Part shown: positions 45,416 through 56,057 of the stretch, in pieces
How the letters are laid out: each line of letters begins with the position of its first letter
How positions within the stretch are numbered: position 1 is the stretch's first letter
Origin: Bdellovibrionales bacterium
GTDB taxonomy: Bacteria; Bdellovibrionota; UBA1018; CAIMNF01
Reading direction: 5' to 3'
NCBI GenBank assembly: GCA_947502835.1
Contig: CANNBJ010000005.1
Span: 40,429 to 104,428 of the forward strand
Length of the DNA stretch: 64,000 nt
Program-made: the position numbers and the translations under genes
The notes under the pieces: generated by a model
Databases searched by the model: none
Seen by the model: only the letters and a program-made list of their open reading frames with translations
What the model was told of the DNA's origin: nothing

Positions 45416-47781
45416 GTCAGTTACTTGTTCTGCTCGCGATTTTACCCGTAGCACTCGCGCAAACCCAGATGGTTTTTCCGCCCACCCCGAATGGACCGGA
45501 GGGTGAAAATCCGGTCATGATGAATCCAAACCCGGGGGCTGTGCCTGGTGTGGGGCAACCGTCAGCACAATCGTCCGCCCAGTTACTCGGCAGTCTGCCC
45601 AACCAATGTCCCTATCTTGAAAAATCAGCTGATGCCAAGAAACTTTTAAACGAGGTAAGTAAAGACATTGCATCCGCGATCGCAGAGCTGAGTAAACAGG
45701 GGGATCGATGCGCGCTTCAGGGGAGCAATCTCATCGGGCAGATGCAAAGTTACAATGAAGCCATCAATCAACTTGCTCAGCAGCGGATTCCGGATCAGAG
45801 GGCCATGAGCAATCTGATGGTGGGGAGCGAGCCATTTCCCTGTGGCCCGGACAATCAGGAGTTCACATCGTTTTTAAGCCAGTATGCCCGAGGGCGTGTG
45901 GTCGAAAAGATGGCCCTCGCATCGCCAGAGTCAGCATTGATCGGAGCCTACGGTAGCCATATCGAGGGTACAATCGATTCTTGCATCACAACCGCCCAAA
46001 GGAATTCAAGCTCCAGGGCCGCAAGTGAGCTCGGGATCACTCAATGCACCTTCTCTTCGCTGTTCGGAGACAGAACAGGCGCTCAATCGAGCCCTGGCTC
46101 CTGGGCAGCTAGTGCCTGGAACAATGACTGCGGCACTGGAAGTACCAGTGCAGTGAATTCAGCGCGCAGAGGAATCGAAAGCAAGCAAGTCGAACTCGAA
46201 ACATCACGAAGGAATTTTGAAAACGCTCTCAACTCCGTGACGAATCAATTCAGCACTCTTTCTGGTAGCATCAGTGCCATCCCGACTCAAAGGTGTGCCG
46301 CAGTGAAACAACTCCTTTTGGGGGCAACTCAGGGAGGCCTTGGGGTCACAGCAGCACTCACAGGTCCTTGGGGCGCGATTGGATCGGGCTTTCTATCGCA
46401 GATTCTATCCGGTTCCATCCAGGCTTTGGGAACCAATCAGAACAGGATCAATCGACTGCAGCAAACCGAGGAGGCCATAAAAAACAGCAATCGCACCCTG
46501 TTTCAAAACTTCAGTTGTCACATATTCAAGACAAACCAGCTGAATTGCGAGCTCCTCACCCGATCCCAGATGGAGGAAATGAATCCGGGACAAGCGCAAT
46601 TCATCTCCTGTCAAAGTGATTCGCAGGTTCGATCCAACCTGCTCATGACCGGAAAACTCAGGAATGACCTCCGTGAATTCTCAGCAAAAAACCAGTCTCA
46701 AGCGCCTCAGGCTCTTCAATTTTCCTTGGCCCAAGTTCCATCTCAGGTATCCCCCTCGGAGGAACAGACTGACTATGTCTTTGACAAATTCTTCTCAACC
46801 AAAGATGATTTCGGAGTGATTTTGCCGAGTGGAGAACACATATCCACCTATGACTATCTTTACAAGGATCCTAATGGCTTGATTTCAAGCGCAATAAAGG
46901 GCTATTCCGATCTTAAGCCGGGTGACGATCGCAAGAACCTCGCGAATCACAATGTCATAAAACAATCCCAACTGCTCAAGAGCCAACTGGATGAGTTCAG
47001 ACAAAGAATGACCATCTTCAGAAGGACGAATTCCTTCGATCCTGTCGGGAAGGACGGAAAGAATCTCGTAAGCGGGATTCTCGAATCCGTCAAAGGCGGG
47101 GAGTACCTGGACGCGGTCGGTTTCTATCTCAAGGATCGGGCAAGTACCCCTGATTCCGGAGACAACAACAACTTTGGCATCACCAGAGCACTCGCCGATG
47201 AAATGAGCACCACCCTTGAAAACCGGCTTTTTGAACAATTGGGACCTGGAATTCCGAAGAAAAAAGCGGAATCCAACAATCTTCGAACTACGATCACGGA
47301 CATCTATGACAATTTTCTTGGTCCCAAATCGATCATCAAGGACCGGTATGTCAATGGTCACCGGGACGAGGCCTGGCGCCAGATTTAAGAAGAATTCAAA
47401 AACGGGGTCGGAATCAAGGATGGGAAAGAGACGATCAAGAACAAAGAGCTGTTTTCAACAAATGTGGTCTATGCCGCAATCACGCACTGCTCCCTCAATT
47501 ACCCCTTTGCACTGAATGCGGAGGGAACGAAGCTGGATGAAGGATATATGGAACAGTGCGGATTCTTGAAGGCATGCAAGGGTGAAAATAATACCATTGG
47601 CTGGCCTATAGATCTGGCGGGGCCCAATCAAGCAAAAGTAAAATCCCACTCGGTTGCTGAATTTGGAATGTGTTCCATGGTGAGCAACTTCAAGTCGATC
47701 GAGGCTCGTCTTGAAAAAGAGTTCAAGAAAAGTGGAACGATTTGCGGAAAATCCGTGTTCGAGATTGAGTCCTTTCGATAG
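45412..47781 (+). pseudogene. Large secreted Cys-containing protein interrupted by one in-frame TAA (47386-47388)
   Basis: ORFs 45412-47388 and 47464-47781 are in the same frame; the reading continues DEAWRQI*EEFKNGVGIKDGKETIKNKELFSTNVVYAAITHC with no other stop. Confidence 0.7.
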
Positions 47782-47818
47782 AGGGGCATTCAGGTTGCCG
47801 TACGATTGGAGGCCCCCG

Positions 47819-48154
47819 TCAAAGGTTCTCGCACCACCGGAAGAGGTCTTCAATGAAGGGATTTCGCTCGAAACACGCAGCGGTCTTTCCCCAAAGGAGA
47901 ACCCTTTCACATCCGGAAACGCCGCCTGGGTTCGCCGAAACGGGCGATTCCAGGCTCTCAAGCCCTCGCGGTTTGATCAGATGCCACGGAGTTTCCGGAG
48001 TACGACACCGAAAACCATCCTTCTCCTTTCTCAGGGAGATTTGTCGAACCTTTTCGTGGGAATTCTTGGACTCGATGCGGACCACGACCTCGTTTGCTGG
48101 ACCTGCAAAGGAAGGAGTTGGGGTAGCAAGGAGTATCCAGAAAACCAGGATCAT
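47819..48154 (-). CDS. Small secreted Cys-containing hypothetical protein
   Basis: MILVFWILLATPTPSFA signal; four Cys. Confidence 0.5.
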   Translation of the reverse strand: MILVFWILLATPTPSFAGPANEVVVRIESKNSHEKVRQISLRKEKDGFRCRTPETPWHLIKPRGLESLESPVSANPGGVSGCERVLLWGKTAACFERNPFIEDLFRWCENL

Positions 48155-48555
48155 AAATTACACTCCTTGGTGCCCGGTTCCGGATCGCATCCGAGGATTT
48201 CGCAGATTTCCCGCGTGAGGAGCTCCCGCCTGCGTGCAGGGTTCAAGGAGTGCGGTTCCGGATCGTACATTTTCTGAACCATTGCCTCATCCGGATAGCG
48301 TTCATCATTTCCCGGAGGATCGCAGAATGTCGACAAATTATGGTGGAACAGGCTCGTCCGTGACTCTTCTGGCTCTGCGCGGAGAATCCGAGCCATTACT
48401 TTCGAGGAGATCATATCGGCAAATCGCTCTTCGGTGTCTTCAGCAAGACCTCTGACCACTAACCCTGAGTCGGAAGAATGGATCCCTTGCATCGGGATCG
48501 TCGATTCCAGAATTTCTTGCTGGACTTCTCTCGATTTATCAATTGCAAGTCGCAT
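48151..48555 (-). CDS. Hypothetical protein, possibly the 3' fragment of a longer decayed gene
   Basis: Frame stays open about 38 codons upstream of ATG 48555 until a TGA; overlaps the downstream gene by 4 nt. Confidence 0.4.
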   Translation of the reverse strand: MRLAIDKSREVQQEILESTIPMQGIHSSDSGLVVRGLAEDTEERFADMISSKVMARILRAEPEESRTSLFHHNLSTFCDPPGNDERYPDEAMVQKMYDPEPHSLNPARRRELLTREICEILGCDPEPGTKECNL

Positions 48556-48857
48556 CTTATTCGAAGGATCGGTTTCGCTGCTGCACTGGTACTCGGCAAT
48601 GAAAAAAGAGTAAGCTGCTGAATCGAGAGTTTTGTTTTCAGCGACGAAGGGGTAGCCCTCGCAAGGAGTCAGGAAGGTCGCTGAAGGTTCCCTTCAACAA
48701 CTAACGGAGCTTTTGTTCGCGACTTGGCTTCTGTGAGCACTACTCCAGGGTCGAATCTGGATATCTGGGGCTAGGCGGGTTACTTGGATGAGCAGTTCAA
48801 AACCAAGGAGTTATGCCTTGGTACTCCTGCAGACTTCCGTGTCATCTCATCACCCTG

Positions 48858-49487
48858 CTATTCCCCGACAGCTCTTCTAGAAGTCCGCGCATGGGCGCCG
48901 AGATTATACTGAAGCACTTGCGGACTGAGTTCCTCCGGTTGTGAGATCAAGCCGCCAAAGCTTGCCCAGCCGATTCCACACTCAAGGGTCGCGCTGGCAA
49001 GGACTTGCCCTTTGGGTGAGTAAATAGAACCTTTCCAGGTAGCAGCAAACACCTTTTGTTCGATAAGGTCAAAGCGATCCAAAGAATCAAGAGATGCCTT
49101 GATCCGGGATCCCGATTCCAGGGTGATTTTTCCTGCTGAACTGCGAAGTATTGCGAGGCAAGCCGTTTTCCCGCCAGCGAGGGTGGCATCGCCCGCAATT
49201 TCGGTTCCATCATTGAAGGTGATGGAAACAGGCGTGATCGAAGTGCTCCCAAGGAGACCCCTTGATGAAGATGCAAAATGGTATCCCGACTGAAGGGTGA
49301 CTTCGATCGAATTTGCGGAAGAGAGCTTTTCAAAAAGTTGCGAGATTTTTTCTGCGCGAGCCTCTTCTGCCATTTGCTCCAAGGATGCGGCAAGAAGCTC
49401 GTCTTCACGCACTTCAAGACCAGATTGTGCGTGTGCCGGATCAGATCCAAAAACAAGTGCGATCAAAATGGGGATTAGGCTCTTCAT
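48858..49487 (-). CDS. Hypothetical secreted protein
   Basis: MKSLIPILIALVFGSDPAHA signal peptide. Confidence 0.65.
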   Translation of the reverse strand: MKSLIPILIALVFGSDPAHAQSGLEVREDELLAASLEQMAEEARAEKISQLFEKLSSANSIEVTLQSGYHFASSSRGLLGSTSITPVSITFNDGTEIAGDATLAGGKTACLAILRSSAGKITLESGSRIKASLDSLDRFDLIEQKVFAATWKGSIYSPKGQVLASATLECGIGWASFGGLISQPEELSPQVLQYNLGAHARTSRRAVGE

Positions 49488-49638
49488 TGCGCGCTGAGAG
49501 TAGCGGACAGAATGGGAGAGGTCAATGGTGGACTCAAAAGCTTAAGAATTAAACTGTCTCGATTTATTTCCTTGGAAATGGAGAACAGTGTTGAATCGAA
49601 AGGGAAGACTCGAGCTCGACTGCCCGCGCTCACTCGAC

Positions 49639-52600
49639 TTAGAGACCCTGTACCGAGTCAATGATCATGTGATCCACTCCGGTTTGGTTGCTGTCGTTGT
49701 TTCCGAAGCAATAGGGAGTTCCTGTGGAGCTGATGGCACAGAAGGTGTGCTCGGTCGGTGCCTGCGAAATTGAAGTAATATCGGTCATGCCGGGGACTTC
49801 GTAGGATCGCCGGTAGAGCGAGGTGTTGATATTGCCAAGGCCGCGCTGTCCGAAAGAATTCTGTCCCCAGCAAACAAGCTGTGTCGTTCCAGTTGCTTTG
49901 CGTATTCCGCAGGATGAGTTTTGGGTCGAACTAATCGCGGTGATTCGAGTAAGAACCGCACCGCCCTCCTCACCGGATACGACAGAATCAGGGGTTCTTT
50001 GGGAATTGATAGAAACACCGTTTCCGAGCATTCCGTTTGCACCAGCTCCCCAACATTTGACGGTGCTATTATTCAAGAGTGCGCAGGTGAATTTGTTCCC
50101 GGCCGAAATTGCAATCACACCTGAAATATCAGCTTGTTGCGGAATGTTTCCGAATACACCACTCCCACCGGTATCGTTGCCGTATTGACCATTGGTATTG
50201 TCCCCCCAGCATCGCACCGTGCGATCTTGAAGAAGTGCGCATGCGTGATCATAGCCAACGGAAATTTGGGTTGCAGTTGTGATCCCAGAGACTTGTACAG
50301 GCACATTGGATTGGACTCCGGGGCCAGGTATGGCAGGTGCATTACCCAGCTGGCCGCGGGTGTTCATACCCCAACACCACACAGTTTTATCCGAAAGGAG
50401 AGCGCAAGAGTAGTAGTTTCCGGACCCGACTTGATTCGCGTTTGAGATTCCGGAGACTGGTTGTGGAATAAGGGCACCGGAAGTCGAATTATTTCCAATT
50501 GTCCCGAACTGTCCATGTCCCCAACACTTGATGGTCGAATTGCCAAGGAGCGCGCAATAATGAGAGTTTCCCGCGGCAATTGAGGTTGCGGTCAAGCCGG
50601 TTCCAAGATTCACAGTGGTTGCGCTTTTGTAGCCGTTGTTTTGGCTTCCATTCCCGAGTTGACCATTGCTTCCAGCGCCAAAGCATCTGACCTGGCCCGA
50701 AGTGGTGAGTGCGCAGGCGGATGAACCTCCGGATGAAACCTGCCTTAATGGTCCAAGACTGCTAACAAGTGTACCCGTGCTCGGGATCAGAACACTTGGA
50801 TATCCACGACCTGTGCGATAACTGGTGGCAAGACCCCAGCATTTCACGGGAGATTCTGACGACGAGGTCAGGGCACAGACATGATTTTCTCCCATCGAAA
50901 TTTGAAGTGCGTTGCTGATGCCTGCCACGGAAACTGGGCTCAAGCGGGTTGTTTCAGTCCCGTCGCCCAGAATTCCATAACGATTGAGCCCCCAGCACTT
51001 TACTCCACCCGCGCCAGAAAGAACGGCGCAAAAGGAACTTCCTCTTGAGGCGGCGACTACAGAGGTCGCAGAAGTGATACCGTTTGCTGTTGGGTAGGGT
51101 TGCTGTGTGGTAGACCCGTTTCCGATTTGCCCGGACCCGCCTGTCCCCCAACATTTGATTACCCCTCCCATGCGGACGCAGGCGCTCGAGTCGCTCAATG
51201 CAATTGCGGATGCTCCAGTCAGGACGTTTCCAGCAGAGGCGAGCACGTCGACGGCCACTGAAGAAGGTACTCCTGTGTTATTTCCAAGTTGCTTCGTAAA
51301 TGTGCCGTTGGCTCCCCAGCATCTGACCCCGCCATTTGTCCGAACGGCGCAAGAAAACCCGTCTCCTCCAGCAAGTGCACCAGAGGATGGCTGGGCATCG
51401 GTGATTCCCGAAATAGGGAGAGCATAGGTGCTAGGAGAGGTGGTTCCGTTTACGGGGGCGGTTTCGCTTCCCTGGCCCCAGCAATAGACTGATCCTGAAT
51501 TCAGGGTCGCACAAGTGTGATTCGCTCCAGCCGCAATGACCGCGACGTTCGTGAGTGGGGCGCCTGGGCTCGTCTCGATCTGAACTGGGGATAAGGATTT
51601 AACTGTTGAGGTCCCCCCTGCCTGGAGGTTATCGTTGATACCCCAACATTTCACCGTTTGGTCCGATAAAAGGGCGCACGCGTGGAGATAGCCCATGACG
51701 ACTGCGGTTGCGCTATTGATGCCGGACACCGCTCCCGAATTGGGTTGATCCGTGGTGACTCCGCTTCCATTCACGCCATTACCACCCTGGCCCCAGCACC
51801 GAATGGTGCCATCAGAAATCAGGACACAGGAATTATTTGCGCCTAGAGTGGAACTGAGTGCAGAAACTGATCCACTAAAGGCAGAGAGACTCAAGGCCAC
51901 AGAGATGCTCGATTGGGTGCAGGCTCGGTTCAGGGTGCCGTCAATCCGACTCGCCACAGTTGGCTTTGCCACCACTGTCACGGTGCAGGCTGCTCCTTTG
52001 CTGAGGTTTGAGGTGCCGCAGGTGTCACTGACAATCATGAAGTCGGAGGAATTACTCAGTGTCGGAGCACTGCAACCCGTAAGGGTTCCGAATCCGGAAT
52101 TGGTCAAGATGATCTCTTTTTTCGCTGACGCACTTCCGACCCTGACGTTGGCAAAGTCCACTGTAGAATCGGCATATGAGGTAAGAATGGGTGCCGAAGC
52201 GACTCCTGCAACCTCGATCCCATTCGTGGTGGTGGATTGGGTTCGGGTCTCACCGAAGAGGTTCGTACAAGAGCGCGAAAGAGTTGTGGTCTGGCGACCG
52301 GAAGCGGTCGGAGATGCGGCCACTTGGACGACACAGCTTGCTCCAGCTGCGAGATTTGCGGTGCCACAAGTGTCGGACGTGATTCTGAAATGAGTTGAGG
52401 GGCTTAGGGTGGGGGCACTGCAGCCACTGGCCGCACCATTTCCGGAATTGGTGATTGTGAAGGAAAGACCTCCTCCGGTCTCTCCCACTGTGACCGACCC
52501 ATAGGGGCGTGCGACAGGGTCAAAGGTGAGATTCGGAAGGGAAATCGAAACTGTGGCGGTGCCTTCCTGAGAGTTCAGATTATTCGAAAAAACCGAGTAT

Positions 52601-55600
52601 TTGAAGCTACCGCTTGTGGTTCCCAACGCGGATGCGGTCAGGCCCACTTGGCAAACTCCATTGGAGCATTCGCAAGGCAAGGAAATGGTGACATTCGAGA
52701 GATCGGTAATCGAACAGGAGCTGATCGTATCTCCGTCCGGATCAGTCGCGGAGGGAAGTGTGAAGAGCGCCTGGATCGCAGTAACCGGAGTCGTGGGTGC
52801 CCAAGCAAGATTCGATAAAACCGGAGGAGAATTGGAGAGGTTCAAGGTTCCGATATTTGAGGTGAGTCCATCGGCTGTCGTTACGGTGTAGGTGAATGTT
52901 GCGGAGTTTAGCCCGTTGCTGCCCATAATTCCCACCCTGCACACTCCAGACGTGCAGGAACAAGGTGAGGAGACGACGAGACCGCCCGAAGAGATCACGC
53001 TGCAGGCCGTGGCGAGATCGCCCTCACTATCTGTGTAGGGAAGGGTAAGAGTCATTGCGGCTTGGGAGAGGCCTTGCGAAACCGTACTGGCAACCGGAGC
53101 GCGGCTGTTCACAACGCTGATTCCGCTTTGACAGGTGGTGATGGATCCGAGACTTGCCTTGATCGAGCGGATCGTGGTGTTTTGGATTGAAAGCCCGCTA
53201 AAAGTAGCGATCCCTAAGCTAAGTGGTTTGATCAGCGTGCCGCCCAGGCCTGCGTTGATCACTGAGCCGCTGCAATTTGAAGCGTTATATGCGGTCAGAC
53301 TGATCTGGGAGGAGGAGTCCAGAGAGGAGATGTTTCCTAATGAATCCAGCGCAGTCACCACGGGTTGGGTGGAAAAGCTCAAACTGTAGGCGGAAAGGGT
53401 CAGGGGTGCAGGTGGAGTGCTGAATGCGATTGAAGCGGGTGAGCCCGGGCCCACACTGAAACTCGGAAAGACATAATCTGTAAAGGGAATATACAAGTCA
53501 ATATTCCAGGCATTGATTCCCAAGGCTAAGGGGGTATACCGAACGGTATAAAGGCCAGGAGCAGGGTTTGCGACTTGGCCAAAAGTACCCCCGCCCTCGA
53601 CAGTATAAAAGTGAGCCGAGGTCGGAAGGCCAACGGTAGAATAATTTCCAAAATGATCCTCTAAACTCAATTGGATTTCGAGGAGAAAGGCCTCGCCGAC
53701 TCCGCCATGATTGGAAGCGAGCACGTTTACAGAGGTGCTTGAGGTCCTTACCGGAGTCAAACGATTATCAACGGAGCCCGGGGTGACGGGTATCGCGGGT
53801 GAGCAATCTCCGGTGAGGTTCCCGGAACTCACCTTCAGATAAAGCGGGCCTGTTCTGTATTGTTGCCATCCGGGCTCTGATCGACGAAAAGTCAGACTTG
53901 ATACCGTTGCCGTACCACTGGTCATGCTGAGCGAATTGCACGAAGCTTCGTTGCAGAGGAGACTGGATAGAAAATATCTATTGGTGAAAGCGGGAGATGC
54001 GACCGTACATCCGGCATCATCGTACAAGGCGAGTTGCGCTGTGCCTGAAGTGGATACTTTATTGTGATAGGCATCATGGATCTCAAAGGAAAGTCCGGAG
54101 GCAATCGGAGTACCGGCCGTGGCCGTACTCGGCACTTGCGAAAAAGTAACCTGAGTTGCAACACCTTGCAGCGGTCCCGGAGCAACATTGAAGCCACTGG
54201 TGCACGAGGTGATACTGCCAAAGATCGCTTTGATGGACTTCATCGAAGTGCTGAGGGCGCTCACGGACGAAAAACTTGCAACCCCATTGACGAGGGATTT
54301 GCTTACGTTCATCGGGGTTGAGCCCCCGCCTAAGCCAAATTTGAGCTCTGATCCCTCGCAATTGAGATCGGAATAAGCCGCAATTCGTACTGTGCCACTT
54401 GCGCTGGCAAGAAGATTGTCATAGGGATCCCGGACCGAAATTTGAGGCTGGCTTGTAAAAACCATGCCTGCAGTGAGGGAGGCGGGGGCTGGGTCAAGGT
54501 CCCAAGTGAGTCGAGACGCGGCGCCTGCGCTAACCGTTACACTTGCGCTCGCAGAGGTGATGCCGGTGCTTGCTGCGGTGATGGTGATTGATCCAGCGGT
54601 CTTGAGAGTGACGGAAAAAGATCCAGTGCCTGATGTCAGAGATGAAGCTGAGGGAAGGATTGCTTGAGTATCGCTTGAGGTGAAAGAGACAGGGTTTGCA
54701 AAGGATGTAGCCGTGTTTCCGTTTCCATCAAGAGCAGTGATTGTGACATCGAAGGCCGTTCCGGCAGGAGTGGATGCAGGAACAGAGGAGAAGCTCAGGC
54801 GAGTGGCGGCCCCTGGAATCACGGTGACGGAGTCATTGGCCAAGACAAGTGAGCCAGAGATGGAAGCGCCAAGAATGACTGAGCCTGCGAGAACCCCCGT
54901 GAAACTTGAGGTGTAGAAGCCCGATCCCGAGGAGTCAATCCTATCAAAACTTCCGGTCCCGCCAACCGAACTTGAAGTGAAGAGGATTGAGGAGTCAGAG
55001 GGGAGGCCTGAGGGATTCGAGTTCCCGAACTGGTCTTTGGCAGTGAGGGAGATGGAGATCGAATCGCCTGAGGCGACAGAAGCCGCTGATGCGGTGACAG
55101 AGGACTCGGCGAGGGAGTAGGCGCCCGGGTTGATCGAGAAGGCGCGGGAACAGGCAGAGATCAAGCCCGCACTTGTCGCTCCCAAAAAGAGCGACTGACT
55201 TGCAAGGTTCACCCTGACATTTTCAAACTGGAGCTCACCGGAAGCAGAATTTCCGCTCAAGCTCCCCGAGAGGGAATCACTTCGATTCGGAGTGGTTGCA
55301 ACCGGCACTTGGCAGTCGGAATCCGAAAAGAGTGAAAGAACGATGGGAATGGAATTTGCGGTGGTGAGAGCATCTGTTTCCGAAAGGATCTGAACTTTGG
55401 GTTGTACCGAGAGCAATGCGCCGGCCTGAAGGCCGGTCGTAGCGATGGGCTGGACGGCAAAGATCAGGTGATGAGGCACCACTGAAGGGCTTGCTGAAAG
55501 AGTAATGCTGACCGGGCTTGAGTCGAGAGATCCGTGATCATTCACTGCGGTCACTTTGAACTCATAGGTCGTATTGTTTTGGAGACCGCTCACCACATAA

Positions 55601-55875
55601 GGCGAAGCGGCCCGGTCGCTTGCGAGAGTGAAGTTTGAAGCGCCCGAGATCCGATAGTAGACCGAGTAGGCGGAAGCATTCTTGGAGGAGCTCCATTGCA
55701 GGGTGGCCTCGAGGATTCCCGGAGAGGCCGACAGGATTTCAAATCGATTGGGCGAAATGAGGAAGGGTGTGTGATTCAGGTTGAAGGTTGAGCCGGACGA
55801 GCCCAAAAGGGGATTGCCGGTGCAAGCCCCTAACATGGAGATCAAGAACAACGATTGAATCCACTGAAATTTCAT
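49639..55875 (-). CDS. Giant surface lipoprotein/adhesin: FN3, invasin/Big-like Ig repeats, ASH-like domains and RCC1/BLIP-II repeats
   Basis: Lipobox LGAC; FN3 (LQW..YSVYY..VSGLQNNTTYEFKVTAVN); LxF..P..AG Ig repeats with DxxGN; many HxCALL.D.TV.CWG.N..GQLG RCC1 repeats. Confidence 0.88.
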   Translation of the reverse strand: MKFQWIQSLFLISMLGACTGNPLLGSSGSTFNLNHTPFLISPNRFEILSASPGILEATLQWSSSKNASAYSVYYRISGASNFTLASDRAASPYVVSGLQNNTTYEFKVTAVNDHGSLDSSPVSITLSASPSVVPHHLIFAVQPIATTGLQAGALLSVQPKVQILSETDALTTANSIPIVLSLFSDSDCQVPVATTPNRSDSLSGSLSGNSASGELQFENVRVNLASQSLFLGATSAGLISACSRAFSINPGAYSLAESSVTASAASVASGDSISISLTAKDQFGNSNPSGLPSDSSILFTSSSVGGTGSFDRIDSSGSGFYTSSFTGVLAGSVILGASISGSLVLANDSVTVIPGAATRLSFSSVPASTPAGTAFDVTITALDGNGNTATSFANPVSFTSSDTQAILPSASSLTSGTGSFSVTLKTAGSITITAASTGITSASASVTVSAGAASRLTWDLDPAPASLTAGMVFTSQPQISVRDPYDNLLASASGTVRIAAYSDLNCEGSELKFGLGGGSTPMNVSKSLVNGVASFSSVSALSTSMKSIKAIFGSITSCTSGFNVAPGPLQGVATQVTFSQVPSTATAGTPIASGLSFEIHDAYHNKVSTSGTAQLALYDDAGCTVASPAFTNRYFLSSLLCNEASCNSLSMTSGTATVSSLTFRRSEPGWQQYRTGPLYLKVSSGNLTGDCSPAIPVTPGSVDNRLTPVRTSSTSVNVLASNHGGVGEAFLLEIQLSLEDHFGNYSTVGLPTSAHFYTVEGGGTFGQVANPAPGLYTVRYTPLALGINAWNIDLYIPFTDYVFPSFSVGPGSPASIAFSTPPAPLTLSAYSLSFSTQPVVTALDSLGNISSLDSSSQISLTAYNASNCSGSVINAGLGGTLIKPLSLGIATFSGLSIQNTTIRSIKASLGSITTCQSGISVVNSRAPVASTVSQGLSQAAMTLTLPYTDSEGDLATACSVISSGGLVVSSPCSCTSGVCRVGIMGSNGLNSATFTYTVTTADGLTSNIGTLNLSNSPPVLSNLAWAPTTPVTAIQALFTLPSATDPDGDTISSCSITDLSNVTISLPCECSNGVCQVGLTASALGTTSGSFKYSVFSNNLNSQEGTATVSISLPNLTFDPVARPYGSVTVGETGGGLSFTITNSGNGAASGCSAPTLSPSTHFRITSDTCGTANLAAGASCVVQVAASPTASGRQTTTLSRSCTNLFGETRTQSTTTNGIEVAGVASAPILTSYADSTVDFANVRVGSASAKKEIILTNSGFGTLTGCSAPTLSNSSDFMIVSDTCGTSNLSKGAACTVTVVAKPTVASRIDGTLNRACTQSSISVALSLSAFSGSVSALSSTLGANNSCVLISDGTIRCWGQGGNGVNGSGVTTDQPNSGAVSGINSATAVVMGYLHACALLSDQTVKCWGINDNLQAGGTSTVKSLSPVQIETSPGAPLTNVAVIAAGANHTCATLNSGSVYCWGQGSETAPVNGTTSPSTYALPISGITDAQPSSGALAGGDGFSCAVRTNGGVRCWGANGTFTKQLGNNTGVPSSVAVDVLASAGNVLTGASAIALSDSSACVRMGGVIKCWGTGGSGQIGNGSTTQQPYPTANGITSATSVVAASRGSSFCAVLSGAGGVKCWGLNRYGILGDGTETTRLSPVSVAGISNALQISMGENHVCALTSSSESPVKCWGLATSYRTGRGYPSVLIPSTGTLVSSLGPLRQVSSGGSSACALTTSGQVRCFGAGSNGQLGNGSQNNGYKSATTVNLGTGLTATSIAAGNSHYCALLGNSTIKCWGHGQFGTIGNNSTSGALIPQPVSGISNANQVGSGNYYSCALLSDKTVWCWGMNTRGQLGNAPAIPGPGVQSNVPVQVSGITTATQISVGYDHACALLQDRTVRCWGDNTNGQYGNDTGGSGVFGNIPQQADISGVIAISAGNKFTCALLNNSTVKCWGAGANGMLGNGVSINSQRTPDSVVSGEEGGAVLTRITAISSTQNSSCGIRKATGTTQLVCWGQNSFGQRGLGNINTSLYRRSYEVPGMTDITSISQAPTEHTFCAISSTGTPYCFGNNDSNQTGVDHMIIDSVQGL

Positions 55876-55897
55876 TAAATTCCGCCCATCATCCTTC

Positions 55898-55925
55898 TTT
55901 TCGGGCTGATTTAATTATCCTTTAA
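55898..55925 (-). promoter_or_regulatory. Putative sigma28-type promoter of the giant lipoprotein gene
   Basis: Minus strand TAAA-N15-CCCGAAAA, compared with FliA consensus TAAA-N15-GCCGATAA. Confidence 0.55.
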
Positions 55926-56057
55926 TTGACTTTTTTGGTCAAAATTAAAGAAATCTTTTCACTTTGGGGCCCATGAGGGGTGGGATCATTATAAATAATT
56001 GTATTTATTGGTATATTTTATGAAGAGCTTTCGACTCCGTCCACCTCTGGATCGGTC

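Noticed and set aside
47386..47388. Programmed stop read-through or alternative genetic code
   Set aside because: TAA ends many bona fide genes in this window (tuf, rplK, rpoB, rpoC); a nonsense mutation or sequencing error is simpler.
47828..47836. CTCGCACCA as an attR for tRNA-Val(CAC)
   Set aside because: Only a 9-nt match, inside a CDS, with no integrase in between; compatible with chance.
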